Shown in pieces: positions 36,289 to 45,092 of a DNA stretch of 64,000 nt. Position 1 is the stretch's first letter. Each line of letters begins with the position of its first letter. The stretch is taken from positions 1 to 64,000 of IMG/VR virus record IMGVR_UViG_3300029267_000581. One strand, written 5' to 3'. The position numbers and the translations under genes were made by a program. This stretch comes from a virus. A model generated the notes under the pieces. The model made no database searches. It saw nothing but the letters and a program-made list of their open reading frames with translations, and was not told the origin of the DNA.

Positions 36289-37791
36289 TTAGAACAAGTC
36301 ACCCTCACCAGAGGGCCATTGCGAATCCCAGTCGCCACCGGCTTCGGCAGCGTCAGTGTCGTCTTCCCCGTCCGCACCCTGTTCGCCCATCGCCCCCTGT
36401 TTCTCTTGCATGAAACTGGGGTCACGAATGATGTCCCCATGCTCGATGGGTTCCATACCGTGTGCTTCGCGGACTTCGTTGATCGTCATGTAGACGCTGC
36501 TCTTCTCGCGGTCGAGCGTCATCCGATCTGATTCCGATTGCCGGTCAAAGCCGGTGAACTGAAACTCGAACTCCCCTTGCGGGTCGAGGACGGGCATGAG
36601 TTCTTGGTTCATGCAGTCCTCTATGAAGTCGACCAGAGTGCGTAGTCCCTTGTCACGCGAGGCTGTCAGCCTTGTTGCCTCCGGGGCCGAGTTGATCATG
36701 TTGCCACCACCTCCGATACCACCACTGCGGTTGGGGAAGTTGATCTCAACAGGATCAATACGGTAGAGGGCAGAACAGAGATTGACGATGTAGTCAAGGA
36801 ACGCACCGAACTCGATGTCTGTTGCCTGGGGGAAGTGGATGAAGTCGATCCTGCCACCCCGAGAGATCGGAAGTAGCGGGAGCTTGTGCTTCCCACGGAA
36901 GGTCGCTACCTGCGCCTTGTACCGAGCTTCGAGAGAGCGAAGCTGTTGCTCGTTGATGTCCGCGCCCGTAAGGGTGAGCATCCCTTTCGGCATCGAACCC
37001 GGCTGAAACTGCCTTGAGTTAGTTTCGTCGATGCCGAGGTGGGCTTGGACCATCCTCATTGCGATCTCGGCCTCTGATTCACCGTAGCCATTCTGCTTCA
37101 TGGCGGTAGTGATGTTCTCAGGGCAGAACATGAACTCCTCGTCACGGAACCTCGTGACGACCTTGCCCTGGTAGACCTGTACGTAGTCGTACTCCTGCGA
37201 CTTGGCCGGATCGACCACTCTGACAGTCGCACCGTCGATGGCGTAGAACTGCCTGGGGCTACCGATACGGTCCAACTCAATGAACCCGCACGGCTGATCC
37301 AATTCCAATCGGTCGCGCACGAACTTCTTGAGAAACGAAGCGAAGCCCCTCTCGTGCTTCTCCCTATGGGGTACGTCTTCACGAGAGCAGTTCTGAATGA
37401 ACTTCGTCATCGCCTCTTCACGCTGCTTCGTCGCGTCTTGGCGCTCTCCAGCGCCCTTCTTGAGTCGCACACGAAAGCCGTTGGCTCGACCCGTTGCCAT
37501 CTCAGAGTCTTCGTCCAGGTTCGGCCTGGAGAAAGGCATGAGCTGACCAATCCGCGTGAAGAAGATTGCTGAAAGGATCGAATCCCTGTGACAGAGGTAA
37601 CGCAGCGTCTCATACCCAACCCGACTAGGCTTCTCCCTGTATGCAGCAGAGGAGAGAGCCCAAACGAACGGGTCTGCGACCATTGGCCCACCGGGACCGC
37701 GTACCTCGTCAATCCCCGGCACCTCGACCTCGGCTTTGAAAAGGTCCAAGCCGTGACCGACTGCCGAGGCCAAATCACCAAGTAGTCCCAT
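36289..37791 (-). CDS. Portal protein
   Basis: 500 aa directly after the large terminase, with an acidic C-terminus. Size and order are typical, and the overall sequence looks portal-like to me. Confidence 0.8.
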   Translation of the reverse strand: MGLLGDLASAVGHGLDLFKAEVEVPGIDEVRGPGGPMVADPFVWALSSAAYREKPSRVGYETLRYLCHRDSILSAIFFTRIGQLMPFSRPNLDEDSEMATGRANGFRVRLKKGAGERQDATKQREEAMTKFIQNCSREDVPHREKHERGFASFLKKFVRDRLELDQPCGFIELDRIGSPRQFYAIDGATVRVVDPAKSQEYDYVQVYQGKVVTRFRDEEFMFCPENITTAMKQNGYGESEAEIAMRMVQAHLGIDETNSRQFQPGSMPKGMLTLTGADINEQQLRSLEARYKAQVATFRGKHKLPLLPISRGGRIDFIHFPQATDIEFGAFLDYIVNLCSALYRIDPVEINFPNRSGGIGGGGNMINSAPEATRLTASRDKGLRTLVDFIEDCMNQELMPVLDPQGEFEFQFTGFDRQSESDRMTLDREKSSVYMTINEVREAHGMEPIEHGDIIRDPSFMQEKQGAMGEQGADGEDDTDAAEAGGDWDSQWPSGEGDLF

Positions 37792-37821
37792 GCTGGACCT
37801 CCATTGGTTGTTACCTCCTTG

Positions 37822-39669
37822 CTACCAGCCCCCGAACCCCCCGGAGGGGTCGAATCCCGCGCCTATGCCGTCGAGTAGTTCCACAACATCCTCGGGAGAG
37901 GGCATCACGTCTATCTGTCCGTCCTTTGGCGCGATGGAGCCTGGTGCATCCAACTCGATTATCCTCTGGTTCCGCATCGCGATGTACTCTAGGCCGATGT
38001 CCGCATAGCCGACGGTGTGGAGCCAGTGGTCAGGCCCGAGGGTTACTGCCTCGTCGATGAGGTCACCCGTCTTCGTAGGCTCTGCCGTGATGGCGACACC
38101 GCGAAAGTGCAGATCAAGAAGGTCCAGGTACTTCATAGGGCGCGGTGCCGCGATTATCCTGTAACCTGACGGCTGCGAAGTGAGCCGTAGGATTGTCTGC
38201 TTCAGTCTGGGAGCCCTGCCCACCGCCACGATAGGCGAGGGGTCTGTCGTCGGGTTCTGCCCGAAGATCGGAGTGGACGTTGCCTGGCGTGTACCGGCGG
38301 CTGGGTACTGACAAGCATAGAAACGCTCGCCAAGCTCCTTGTAGAGCTTCGGATTGCGGTCCTGTCCGTAGCCCGCGTCAGCGATAGCGGCTTCAGCACG
38401 CCACAGACGAATGAACTCAAGAGCGGCTCGCACGGTATCATCGGGGTCGTTTGTGTCTACGAACATCTGCACGTCAAGGATCAGCGGTACGGCGAACTCC
38501 GGTGTCTGCCCTAGAGCCAGGAACCAGTTGGACTTGCCCCAGTCGATACCGATAGCGACCTTTGCGTTCTTGAACCTGTGGTCGAACCTGTTGCGGTCGG
38601 TGATCGTTGACAGATCAGGCTCGACCAGACTGTATGCCAACCCCTCAGCGACACGCCCAGCGTCACCAGCATAGGCTTCTCCGAGGGAGTAGTTGTACCA
38701 TTGCCGCAGTCCTGGTGTTTCCTGGTCTCGGCAGTCAGCCATGATGGTGTCAGCCGAGATCCACGCACAGTCGAGCTGTGACGTGGAGTAACCGGAGGCT
38801 TCCGCACCAGGACGTTCAGGAACCCACTCCGCATGGTCGTTCATACGGTTGAACTCTTTACGGCATTTGATACAGCCGATGATGAACGTACCCGGATCAA
38901 AGTGAGCAGTCTTGTCGTGTGTCTCAAGCCTGCTGATCAGGGAGTCGGGTCCTTTGGTCTGGAGGAGGTTTGCGCGGGTCAATGGCTGGCGGTGACCACA
39001 ACCTGAGCAGGTCCAGACCCATTTCTTATTGTCGGTGGTCTTGATCTGCTCATCCACGCCCATGTTCGGGAAGGAGGGTGTGCTGAACAGACGTAGAGCC
39101 CCAATCTTCGATGACCGCAACGACATCTTGAACGCTGTCACGACGCCAGGTTTCATGCGGTCGTACTCGTCCAACTCGGCGACGTCACACGCAGTGGACT
39201 CACCGATGTCCTCGTTCCAACTGCCTGTCACAATCAGGTTGCTCTCACCGCCGCCAATCTTCGGAGCGAACTGTTTGTGCATCAGGCTACGCCAGTTGAT
39301 GAAGGTGCTCTGTACCGACTCGTCGAAGCGGTCTGGGTGCATCTCCTTACCGACGATGTCGATACGTGTACGCGCAATCTCCTCGGCCTTACGATCCTTG
39401 GGCAGCGTGTAGACCGTCATGGACCGGATGAGAGTTGCGAGGTGAATCATCTTGCTGATGAAAACCTCAGTGAAGCCCATCTGTCTCGCCTTGCGTACAA
39501 CGATGGTCTGAGACCAGTCGTCCATGGGCATGACGTGAAATGGGCGATGCTTGAACGGGTCCTTCTTCGAGTAGAACTGCAACGGAGCCCCGCCCAGGAA
39601 CCTATGTTTCATTGCCCAAATCGAGGGCAAAGCGTGGTCTCCGAGGAGTGTCCTAATGTCGTATTCCAT
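37822..39669 (-). CDS. Terminase large subunit (GpA-like)
   Basis: 615 aa. It has a Walker-A-like KARQMGFTE, a Walker-B-like DVAELDEYD and a zinc-ribbon CSGCGH...CIKCRKEF. It is followed by the portal. Confidence 0.8.
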   Translation of the reverse strand: MEYDIRTLLGDHALPSIWAMKHRFLGGAPLQFYSKKDPFKHRPFHVMPMDDWSQTIVVRKARQMGFTEVFISKMIHLATLIRSMTVYTLPKDRKAEEIARTRIDIVGKEMHPDRFDESVQSTFINWRSLMHKQFAPKIGGGESNLIVTGSWNEDIGESTACDVAELDEYDRMKPGVVTAFKMSLRSSKIGALRLFSTPSFPNMGVDEQIKTTDNKKWVWTCSGCGHRQPLTRANLLQTKGPDSLISRLETHDKTAHFDPGTFIIGCIKCRKEFNRMNDHAEWVPERPGAEASGYSTSQLDCAWISADTIMADCRDQETPGLRQWYNYSLGEAYAGDAGRVAEGLAYSLVEPDLSTITDRNRFDHRFKNAKVAIGIDWGKSNWFLALGQTPEFAVPLILDVQMFVDTNDPDDTVRAALEFIRLWRAEAAIADAGYGQDRNPKLYKELGERFYACQYPAAGTRQATSTPIFGQNPTTDPSPIVAVGRAPRLKQTILRLTSQPSGYRIIAAPRPMKYLDLLDLHFRGVAITAEPTKTGDLIDEAVTLGPDHWLHTVGYADIGLEYIAMRNQRIIELDAPGSIAPKDGQIDVMPSPEDVVELLDGIGAGFDPSGGFGGW

Positions 39670-39719
39670 GCCTGACCTTGGTTGGGGTGTTTGTGTACGG
39701 AACGTACTTGCGGTGGGTA

Positions 39720-40046
39720 CTAAATTGTACGGACGTTGGCGACGTCTGCTTCTGACCAGTCGGACGACTCGTTGAAGTAGGTGCCATTGGCGAGGTAGTC
39801 AAGAACGGTGACCAGTGAGGTAGACAGCACGACCTCACCGTCCTGGAGAAGTGAAACCTCGATTGCATGAAGCGGACACCGCCCGAAGGATGTGCCGCGC
39901 TCCAGCCAGTCGAGCCCCTTTGCGATCTCAGCCAGGAGCTTGTCTCTGTGCTTGATCGGACCCCGATCACGCTCACGCTGCTCCTCGACACACCGCTCAC
40001 AGAGGTACTTCTTGCCGTCTATGACGGTACAGTAACACTCACTCAT
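39720..40046 (-). CDS. Hypothetical Cys-containing protein upstream of the terminase (small terminase candidate at best)
   Basis: 108-aa ORF. Assignment is by position only. Confidence 0.45.
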   Translation of the reverse strand: MSECYCTVIDGKKYLCERCVEEQRERDRGPIKHRDKLLAEIAKGLDWLERGTSFGRCPLHAIEVSLLQDGEVVLSTSLVTVLDYLANGTYFNESSDWSEADVANVRTI

Positions 40047-40503
40047 CCTGCTGTCTCCTTATGTACTCTTGGGCCTTGCCAGGGTCGCCGTCCAACAACT
40101 CAGCGGAGGAAGGCAATCCTTTGGTCACGGAATTCAAGAGCCGAGTCCATGCGTCGGTAGGCTCTTTCTTGGGAGCTTGCTTCTCAGCCAGCTTGGCCCT
40201 CATGCGCTCGACAGGTTCCCATGGCTCAGGGAACTTGGCACTGTCGTTGTCCAGGTAGTCGTCGAGAGGTGACTTGTGCTTGTATCCTCGCCGCTCCATC
40301 TCCTCGACGACCCGGTTATGCCTGGCGATGAGAGGGCCTATGTGCCTCCTCCACCGCTTGACCTCGGGGTGGTTGCTGTATCCGCGCCTGATACCAGCCC
40401 TCTCTTTCATGAGAATGCGGGCGATGGCGTGGATCTCACGGTGTTCCCCGAGCAACCGTTGTCTGTCGAGACAGAACGGCGGGATAGGATGCCACACTCT
40501 CAT
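40039..40503 (-). CDS. Pyrimidine dimer DNA glycosylase-like protein (T4 endoV-related family)
   Basis: From the internal ATG, MRVWHPIPPFCLDRQRLLGEHREIHAI matches the MRLWH...LLGEHRE.H signature. That ATG makes an ATGA overlap with the upstream gene. Confidence 0.6.
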   Translation of the reverse strand: MRVWHPIPPFCLDRQRLLGEHREIHAIARILMKERAGIRRGYSNHPEVKRWRRHIGPLIARHNRVVEEMERRGYKHKSPLDDYLDNDSAKFPEPWEPVERMRAKLAEKQAPKKEPTDAWTRLLNSVTKGLPSSAELLDGDPGKAQEYIRRQQDE

Positions 40504-40877
40504 CGCTTCAGACCGAGGCGAACAGTTGACACCTTGCCGATACCTGGGATGTACTCGGAGGACTCGGTGACGACGATCTGCCTCTTGGATTCCTCGATAG
40601 TCTGCCCAGGATCGAAGTCCAACGCCACACGCTCGCGTGCGTCTCTGGCGTCTTCCTTGTCTGCATACTTGTCGAGGAACTCCAACACCTCCCACTGCGA
40701 GGGGGCGTCGTCCGACACCATACCCTGCCAGATCGGCGGATCGGCGTCAGGGTCCTTGTATGCCATGAAGAAGTAATGGGGATGATCGAACATGCCCCCT
40801 TTGTCGAGCCCCACGACGATCTCCGTGAAGCCTTCACCTGCCGCCCACTCAGACGGCTTCAAACTCACCCTACTCAT
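40500..40877 (-). CDS. Hypothetical protein
   Basis: Start MSRVSLKP with GGAGGG upstream, within the 134-aa ORF. Confidence 0.5.
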   Translation of the reverse strand: MSRVSLKPSEWAAGEGFTEIVVGLDKGGMFDHPHYFFMAYKDPDADPPIWQGMVSDDAPSQWEVLEFLDKYADKEDARDARERVALDFDPGQTIEESKRQIVVTESSEYIPGIGKVSTVRLGLKR

Positions 40878-40878
40878 G

Positions 40879-41055
40879 CTATCCCTCCATTGTGTACTCG
40901 ACATCTGTGAAGATGCCGCCGGACAGGACGATCCGAATCAGATCGCCCAATGCTCTGATAGCCACCAGCGGATTCATCACAATCCGCATGATGGTCTTGA
41001 ACAGGTAGGCTAGAATGCCTAGCCAGTTGAGATCCCACTGTGTCACACCTGGCAC
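40879..41055 (-). CDS. Small hydrophobic protein (58 aa, GTG start), absent from the ORF track
   Basis: My translation is VPGVTQWDLNWLGILAYLFKTIMRIVMNPLVAIRALGDLIRIVLSGGIFTDVEYTMEG*. GAGGAGG lies 4 nt upstream of the GTG. The ORF exactly fills the gap between neighbouring genes. Confidence 0.45.
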   Translation of the reverse strand: MPGVTQWDLNWLGILAYLFKTIMRIVMNPLVAIRALGDLIRIVLSGGIFTDVEYTMEG

Positions 41056-41076
41056 TTGTCCTCCTCGATAGCGCCG

Positions 41077-41523
41077 TCACAGAGCCCCTTGCTCGCAAAG
41101 GATCTCGACGGTACGAGCCTCGCTGTGCTCATTCCTCCAACCAGCCTTCCAGAACTTCGGCTGTGCGTAGAAGTCCTCCGGGGCTCGTAGTGCGTCCTCC
41201 CAGGTGATCGCCGCCAGATCAGCCAACATCTTGCACCACATCTCGACAGCGTCACCTGTGTACCAGAACGGGTTGTGCTGGTCCATAGGTTCAACCTCGT
41301 GAGGTCCCACGACTGTTGCGGTTCTGGTGGTGTCAAACCTAACGGTCGGCACACCGTCGTCGATACCCATAACCGTACCTGGAGAACCCTTGCGGGCGTG
41401 TACGTAAGACCTTGTAGGGAACTTTGCGGAGTACACTGGTATTGTGTCACCGCCACCCTCAGTAATGACGCAGCGCGCCCTAACGCGCGTACCGACTTCG
41501 TATGGGTATTTGTTGCGGCCCAT
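41077..41523 (-). CDS. Hypothetical protein, first gene after promoter P3
   Basis: 148-aa ORF with GGGAGG upstream. Confidence 0.6.
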   Translation of the reverse strand: MGRNKYPYEVGTRVRARCVITEGGGDTIPVYSAKFPTRSYVHARKGSPGTVMGIDDGVPTVRFDTTRTATVVGPHEVEPMDQHNPFWYTGDAVEMWCKMLADLAAITWEDALRAPEDFYAQPKFWKAGWRNEHSEARTVEILCEQGAL

Positions 41524-41542
41524 ATCTACCTCCCTGTACTAG

Positions 41543-41580
41543 AGTATATGTCCACAACAGGCTGCTCGGAAACATTCTTG
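41543..41580 (-). promoter_or_regulatory. Copy P3 of the conserved promoter-like element (GTTTCCG-N13-GGACATATACTCTAGTACAGGGAGG)
   Basis: Nearly identical to P4 over about 25 nt (CCTGTACTAGAGTATATGTCCACA on the plus strand). Confidence 0.6.
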
Positions 41581-41601
41581 AAAAGTAGGTGTTACACCTA
41601 C
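41581..41601 (-). terminator. Palindrome GTAGGTGTaACACCTAC followed by TTTT (terminator or operator) immediately upstream of P3
   Basis: Direct reading. The same palindrome occurs at 51099-51115. Confidence 0.55.
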
Positions 41602-41662
41602 ATATAGGTCAGCACAACAAGGAACGTAATGACTATGGCGGCCCAAGCGAGCAGCCCGAGGG

Positions 41663-41806
41663 CTACTCTAAGGGCGCACTGGTACAGGCCCCAAACCCCA
41701 CGACGCAGCCGCTACAGGTTAGCGCCCCGCATGTGGCTAGCGGTAGTACGACGAACACCAGCAGTAGGCTCAGTGTCACGCCCAGCACTATCTTCCACAA
41801 CTCCAT
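41663..41806 (-). CDS. Small signal-peptide/lipobox-like protein (MELWKIVLGVTLSLLLVFVVLPLATCGA...)
   Basis: 47 aa from the internal ATG, which abuts the stop of the upstream gene. It has a hydrophobic N-terminus and LATC resembles a lipobox. Confidence 0.45.
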   Translation of the reverse strand: MELWKIVLGVTLSLLLVFVVLPLATCGALTCSGCVVGFGACTSAPLE

Positions 41807-41807
41807 G

Positions 41808-42482
41808 TTACCCTCCGTTGCCCCTCTTACGCGCCCTATCGAGAATCTCTCGCACAAGGCGCTCCTCACGAGGTGTCAAGGGTTGAGCATCCAAGGCGTC
41901 CTCGATGGTCGGCTGTGGTACAGCAGCACGTACCTTCGTCGGTACGGCGTTGATGCCCTCGACGATCTTTTCCAGATCACGTTGACGTTGCTTCTCCAGG
42001 GCTTCGATGGATGCGTCGTGGCGCTTCAGAGCCTCAGAGTGACTTGTTGCAGTTGTACGTACAGCGGTAAGCTCGTTGCTTGAGCGAGTCGCCCATCCAC
42101 CTGCGATCACGATAGCCGTGACGATGATGCCCATCAGCCACCATCTCCACTTGGACAAACCCGCAAGCTCACGCTCTTGGGCCGAGATCGCCTTACCATG
42201 CTCTATGACCATCTCACAAGGATCGTGGTCAGACGGGTTCGCACTCTCCAACGCTCCCAGGCGCTTCTGGTTGACCTTCTGCTTCTCCTCCAGACGGATG
42301 ACGCCTTCCTTTGCAACCTTGGCGGCTTCGGCCACAGGCGGCAAAAGGTCGTCCTTGATCGTCTCAACCGCACTCTCGATCTTCACCACTGTATTGCTCA
42401 TGGTGGAGATGTTACGAGTTATGGCTGCCCAGTCCTCAGTAGGGATAGGCGTTACAGATCCATCTCTGTGCTTCGCAGTCAT
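41808..42482 (-). CDS. Membrane-anchored coiled-coil protein (single central TM segment WRWWLMGIIVTAIVIAGGWA)
   Basis: 224 aa from the ATG that forms an ATGA overlap with the upstream stop. Confidence 0.55.
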   Translation of the reverse strand: MTAKHRDGSVTPIPTEDWAAITRNISTMSNTVVKIESAVETIKDDLLPPVAEAAKVAKEGVIRLEEKQKVNQKRLGALESANPSDHDPCEMVIEHGKAISAQERELAGLSKWRWWLMGIIVTAIVIAGGWATRSSNELTAVRTTATSHSEALKRHDASIEALEKQRQRDLEKIVEGINAVPTKVRAAVPQPTIEDALDAQPLTPREERLVREILDRARKRGNGG

Positions 42483-43537
42483 TCTGGCCCACTCCCAACC
42501 CCCGTTGAAGTGACCAGCATCTCCTCGAATTCCTCGACACGGAACCACCTGAGCATCTGACCCATGAGGGCCATACACCGACGCACCTCACGCTGTCTCG
42601 CGCTGTCTGACCTTGCCCCGAGTAGCCACTTTGAGGACCAGACACGGATGCGCCTGATACCGAGGAGAATCGTCTCCAGGAATGCTTCTCGGATGGCTTC
42701 CTCGATACTGTGCCCCTGGAACTTCTGATTCCACCCTGCGAGGCCAGCCGCGAGGAGAACCTTCCCTGAAGGCACGCCAGGGATGAGGTGAGCCCTGTCG
42801 ATGGACCACTTCTGCATGTTCCCAGGACCGTAGGTATGGCCCCAAGGCACAGGATAGCTCACGCGCTTACCCTCGGCGTTGGTGCGCTTCCGCGTGGCTA
42901 CGGAGTACATCTGCATGAACATGATGTCCATGTGAGGGGCGACGTCCGCATTTGGACCAGCCTCAAGGTGACCGGCGAACGTGGTCTGCTCCTTGTGAGG
43001 TTCCTGGTAACACAGCGGGGGTGGGCACTTGAACTCGGTTCTCTCGCGCCCTACGCTGGCCGCACACTCACGCTTGAGATCCACGAGGTAGTCCCCAGCA
43101 AGGTCGAAGGCTGACACCCTACCACGACCTGCGATGGTACGGCCACGGAAGCCCTTGACCTTCGATGCCTTCCAGTTGAACTCCGTGTCTGACTCCTCTC
43201 CTTGCACCACGAAGGGAGCCATACCGACGTAGTGCTCGATGTCGGCGTACATGGTGTCCAGTGTGCGCTTGTCCGGGTACGGCCAGGTCGTGACGGCAAG
43301 ACTGACTGAGAACTCGTCAGCCAACCTGCACAGCCGCTCCCACTGACCCAGTGACCACGTAGGCTTCCACCTGCGAGGAGCGTCGTCGATCATCACTGCG
43401 AACTCTGTGAACCCGAGGTCCCGAGCGGCACGGAAGTAGCCCTCGTTCAACACGGTGCGGGGAGGACAGTCCACCCACAGGCCGAACGTGGCAGTCTCGT
43501 ACTCCTCGTGTAGCTCCTCGTGTGCATCAGCCGTCAT
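42479..43537 (-). CDS. Hypothetical enzyme-like protein (possible glycoside-hydrolase-type endolysin, weak)
   Basis: About 352 aa with alternating beta/alpha-like motifs (FTEFAVMIDD, VSLAVTTWPYP). It lies next to membrane proteins. No firm motif. Confidence 0.35.
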   Translation of the reverse strand: MTADAHEELHEEYETATFGLWVDCPPRTVLNEGYFRAARDLGFTEFAVMIDDAPRRWKPTWSLGQWERLCRLADEFSVSLAVTTWPYPDKRTLDTMYADIEHYVGMAPFVVQGEESDTEFNWKASKVKGFRGRTIAGRGRVSAFDLAGDYLVDLKRECAASVGRERTEFKCPPPLCYQEPHKEQTTFAGHLEAGPNADVAPHMDIMFMQMYSVATRKRTNAEGKRVSYPVPWGHTYGPGNMQKWSIDRAHLIPGVPSGKVLLAAGLAGWNQKFQGHSIEEAIREAFLETILLGIRRIRVWSSKWLLGARSDSARQREVRRCMALMGQMLRWFRVEEFEEMLVTSTGVGSGPE

Positions 43538-43772
43538 CGGACTCACCATCCGACTCACCCTGCTTTTCCAGCCAGCGTGTGACTTGGTCTTGCGCGGTGA
43601 ACAGGTTGGACATATCCATGAGGTAGCGCCTTGAGCGCAACACGTCGTTGACCTTCGTACCACCCTCCTCCTTGCGGCCAGGCCCCCTCAGAGACTCGAT
43701 GCGGTCGAGGAGGTAGTTCAGAGCCGACTCATGCGTGAAGTCGGGAGCGGGGTCGTTCTTCTCTTGTGGCAT
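43527..43772 (-). CDS. Hypothetical acidic protein
   Basis: 81-aa ORF. Confidence 0.5.
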   Translation of the reverse strand: MPQEKNDPAPDFTHESALNYLLDRIESLRGPGRKEEGGTKVNDVLRSRRYLMDMSNLFTAQDQVTRWLEKQGESDGESDDG

Positions 43773-43773
43773 C

Positions 43774-44076
43774 TTATCTCCTAACAGCCCTCTCAGGGGC
43801 AGCTACCACCGGAAGGGTGATCGGTTTCGGATCAGGCACGGATGGACTACGGACCAGGCGCTCCCCCAGCTTGCTCTCAAGCTGTACCAGAGCCTCCTCC
43901 AACGTAGGCGCAGACACACCACTGTCGGGGTGGGTTCGGCCCATGTAGTGCCCCATGATCTTCGTCGGGTACATGACAGCTACCTGCCACGCTATGACCT
44001 TTGGTTCTTCATCCCCTGCGATCACGGGGCTGATCGTCAGGGGGTGCTCTTTTATTGTCTTGATGTCAAGGAGCAT
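43774..44076 (-). CDS. Hypothetical protein
   Basis: 100-aa ORF. Confidence 0.5.
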   Translation of the reverse strand: MLLDIKTIKEHPLTISPVIAGDEEPKVIAWQVAVMYPTKIMGHYMGRTHPDSGVSAPTLEEALVQLESKLGERLVRSPSVPDPKPITLPVVAAPERAVRR

Positions 44077-44100
44077 TACACCCCCTTTCCGGCCTATGGC

Positions 44101-44289
44101 CTATTCGTCCTGCTCACACCCGAGACACTTCGCGCACGAACCAAACGTGTGGTAGTCGAAGCAGTCTCCATCTGGAGCGTCACAAGTAGCACACGCCTCA
44201 ACGAATTGGATCTCACCTCCGCAAGCTGAACAGGTGTCTTTATCCGCCGCGTAGTGTGCCATAGCGGCTTCGTACTCCTCCCAGCTCAT
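44101..44289 (-). CDS. Small Cys-rich (zinc-ribbon-like) protein
   Basis: 62 aa with CSACGG, CATC and CAKCLGC. Confidence 0.5.
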   Translation of the reverse strand: MSWEEYEAAMAHYAADKDTCSACGGEIQFVEACATCDAPDGDCFDYHTFGSCAKCLGCEQDE

Positions 44290-44747
44290 CGTCGGTACTG
44301 CTCGTCCAGGATCGGCCTGAGTGCGGGCGGCTTCCAGCCCTCGGGCTTCAGCCTCTTGCCATCCTCGCGTACAGGACCACCGACCTTCGCCATGTTGCTC
44401 CGGTGTACCTCATCGAAGAACGGAGCGAGGTCTATGCCCATCGCGTTCGTTGTGTTGTGGAGCACAACAATGGTATCACAGATGGCGTCGATGACCTCCA
44501 CCTGTGCCTCTTTGATAGCCTCCATCGAGCCCCCATCCTGCACAGCGGACTCCAGAGCCATCATAGCTTCGTTGAACTCCGCAGCCTCCTCACGGACAAG
44601 CTCACGGAGCAGGTTGTAGTTCATCGCCCAGTTCACAGTCCGTGAGGTATGCAGCCCAACAGCCTCCATGAACTCCCGAACACGCCTCTGGCACCTGTCA
44701 CCAATCTTCATCACAGAATCACCTCGCAACCACGGCTCCCAGCCCAT
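44286..44747 (-). CDS. MazG-like nucleoside triphosphate pyrophosphohydrolase
   Basis: LVREEAAEFNEA ... EVIDAICDTIVV shows the E..EE..E / D..D helix pattern of all-alpha NTP-PPases. Confidence 0.6.
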   Translation of the reverse strand: MGWEPWLRGDSVMKIGDRCQRRVREFMEAVGLHTSRTVNWAMNYNLLRELVREEAAEFNEAMMALESAVQDGGSMEAIKEAQVEVIDAICDTIVVLHNTTNAMGIDLAPFFDEVHRSNMAKVGGPVREDGKRLKPEGWKPPALRPILDEQYRR

Positions 44748-45088
44748 CACCAACCCTGCCTCACGGGGAACACAGGAATGCCATGTTCCCGCTCTTCCCG
44801 TACAAGACTGCACACATCCACGACTGAGATCTGGATGTGTGCGATCTGAGTCTGATCAGGTTGACTCGCCATTCCCTCGACTGCGGCCCTGAGTAGATCG
44901 AGGGCGGCAAGGAAGCCCTCCCACGTCTTCGCCTCCAGCGGTACACGCAATACCTCCGGGGGCGGTGGAGCGGGAGGGCGACCCCTGCCACTGTACTCAG
45001 GCCGAGGAGGGAAGAACCGAGCATCCAGGAAACTTTCTACTTCAGTGTTCCCAGCAACTCGGTCTGGTAATTTCCCTCTACCGGCCAT
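44747..45088 (-). CDS. Hypothetical protein
   Basis: 113 aa from MAGRGKL, within the 137-aa ORF. Confidence 0.4.
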   Translation of the reverse strand: MAGRGKLPDRVAGNTEVESFLDARFFPPRPEYSGRGRPPAPPPPEVLRVPLEAKTWEGFLAALDLLRAAVEGMASQPDQTQIAHIQISVVDVCSLVREEREHGIPVFPVRQGW

Positions 45089-45092
45089 GTGC

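Noticed and set aside
40874-41098. Minus-strand 74-aa Arg/Ser-rich ORF
   Set aside because: The overlapping 58-aa GTG-initiated frame has a proper Shine-Dalgarno sequence and a coherent hydrophobic sequence.
41663-42482. Calling the TM protein and small lipoprotein an i-spanin/o-spanin pair
   Set aside because: The TM segment is central rather than N-terminal, and the lipoprotein is only about 20 aa when mature and not Pro-rich. The adjacency is suggestive but insufficient, so I kept neutral descriptions.
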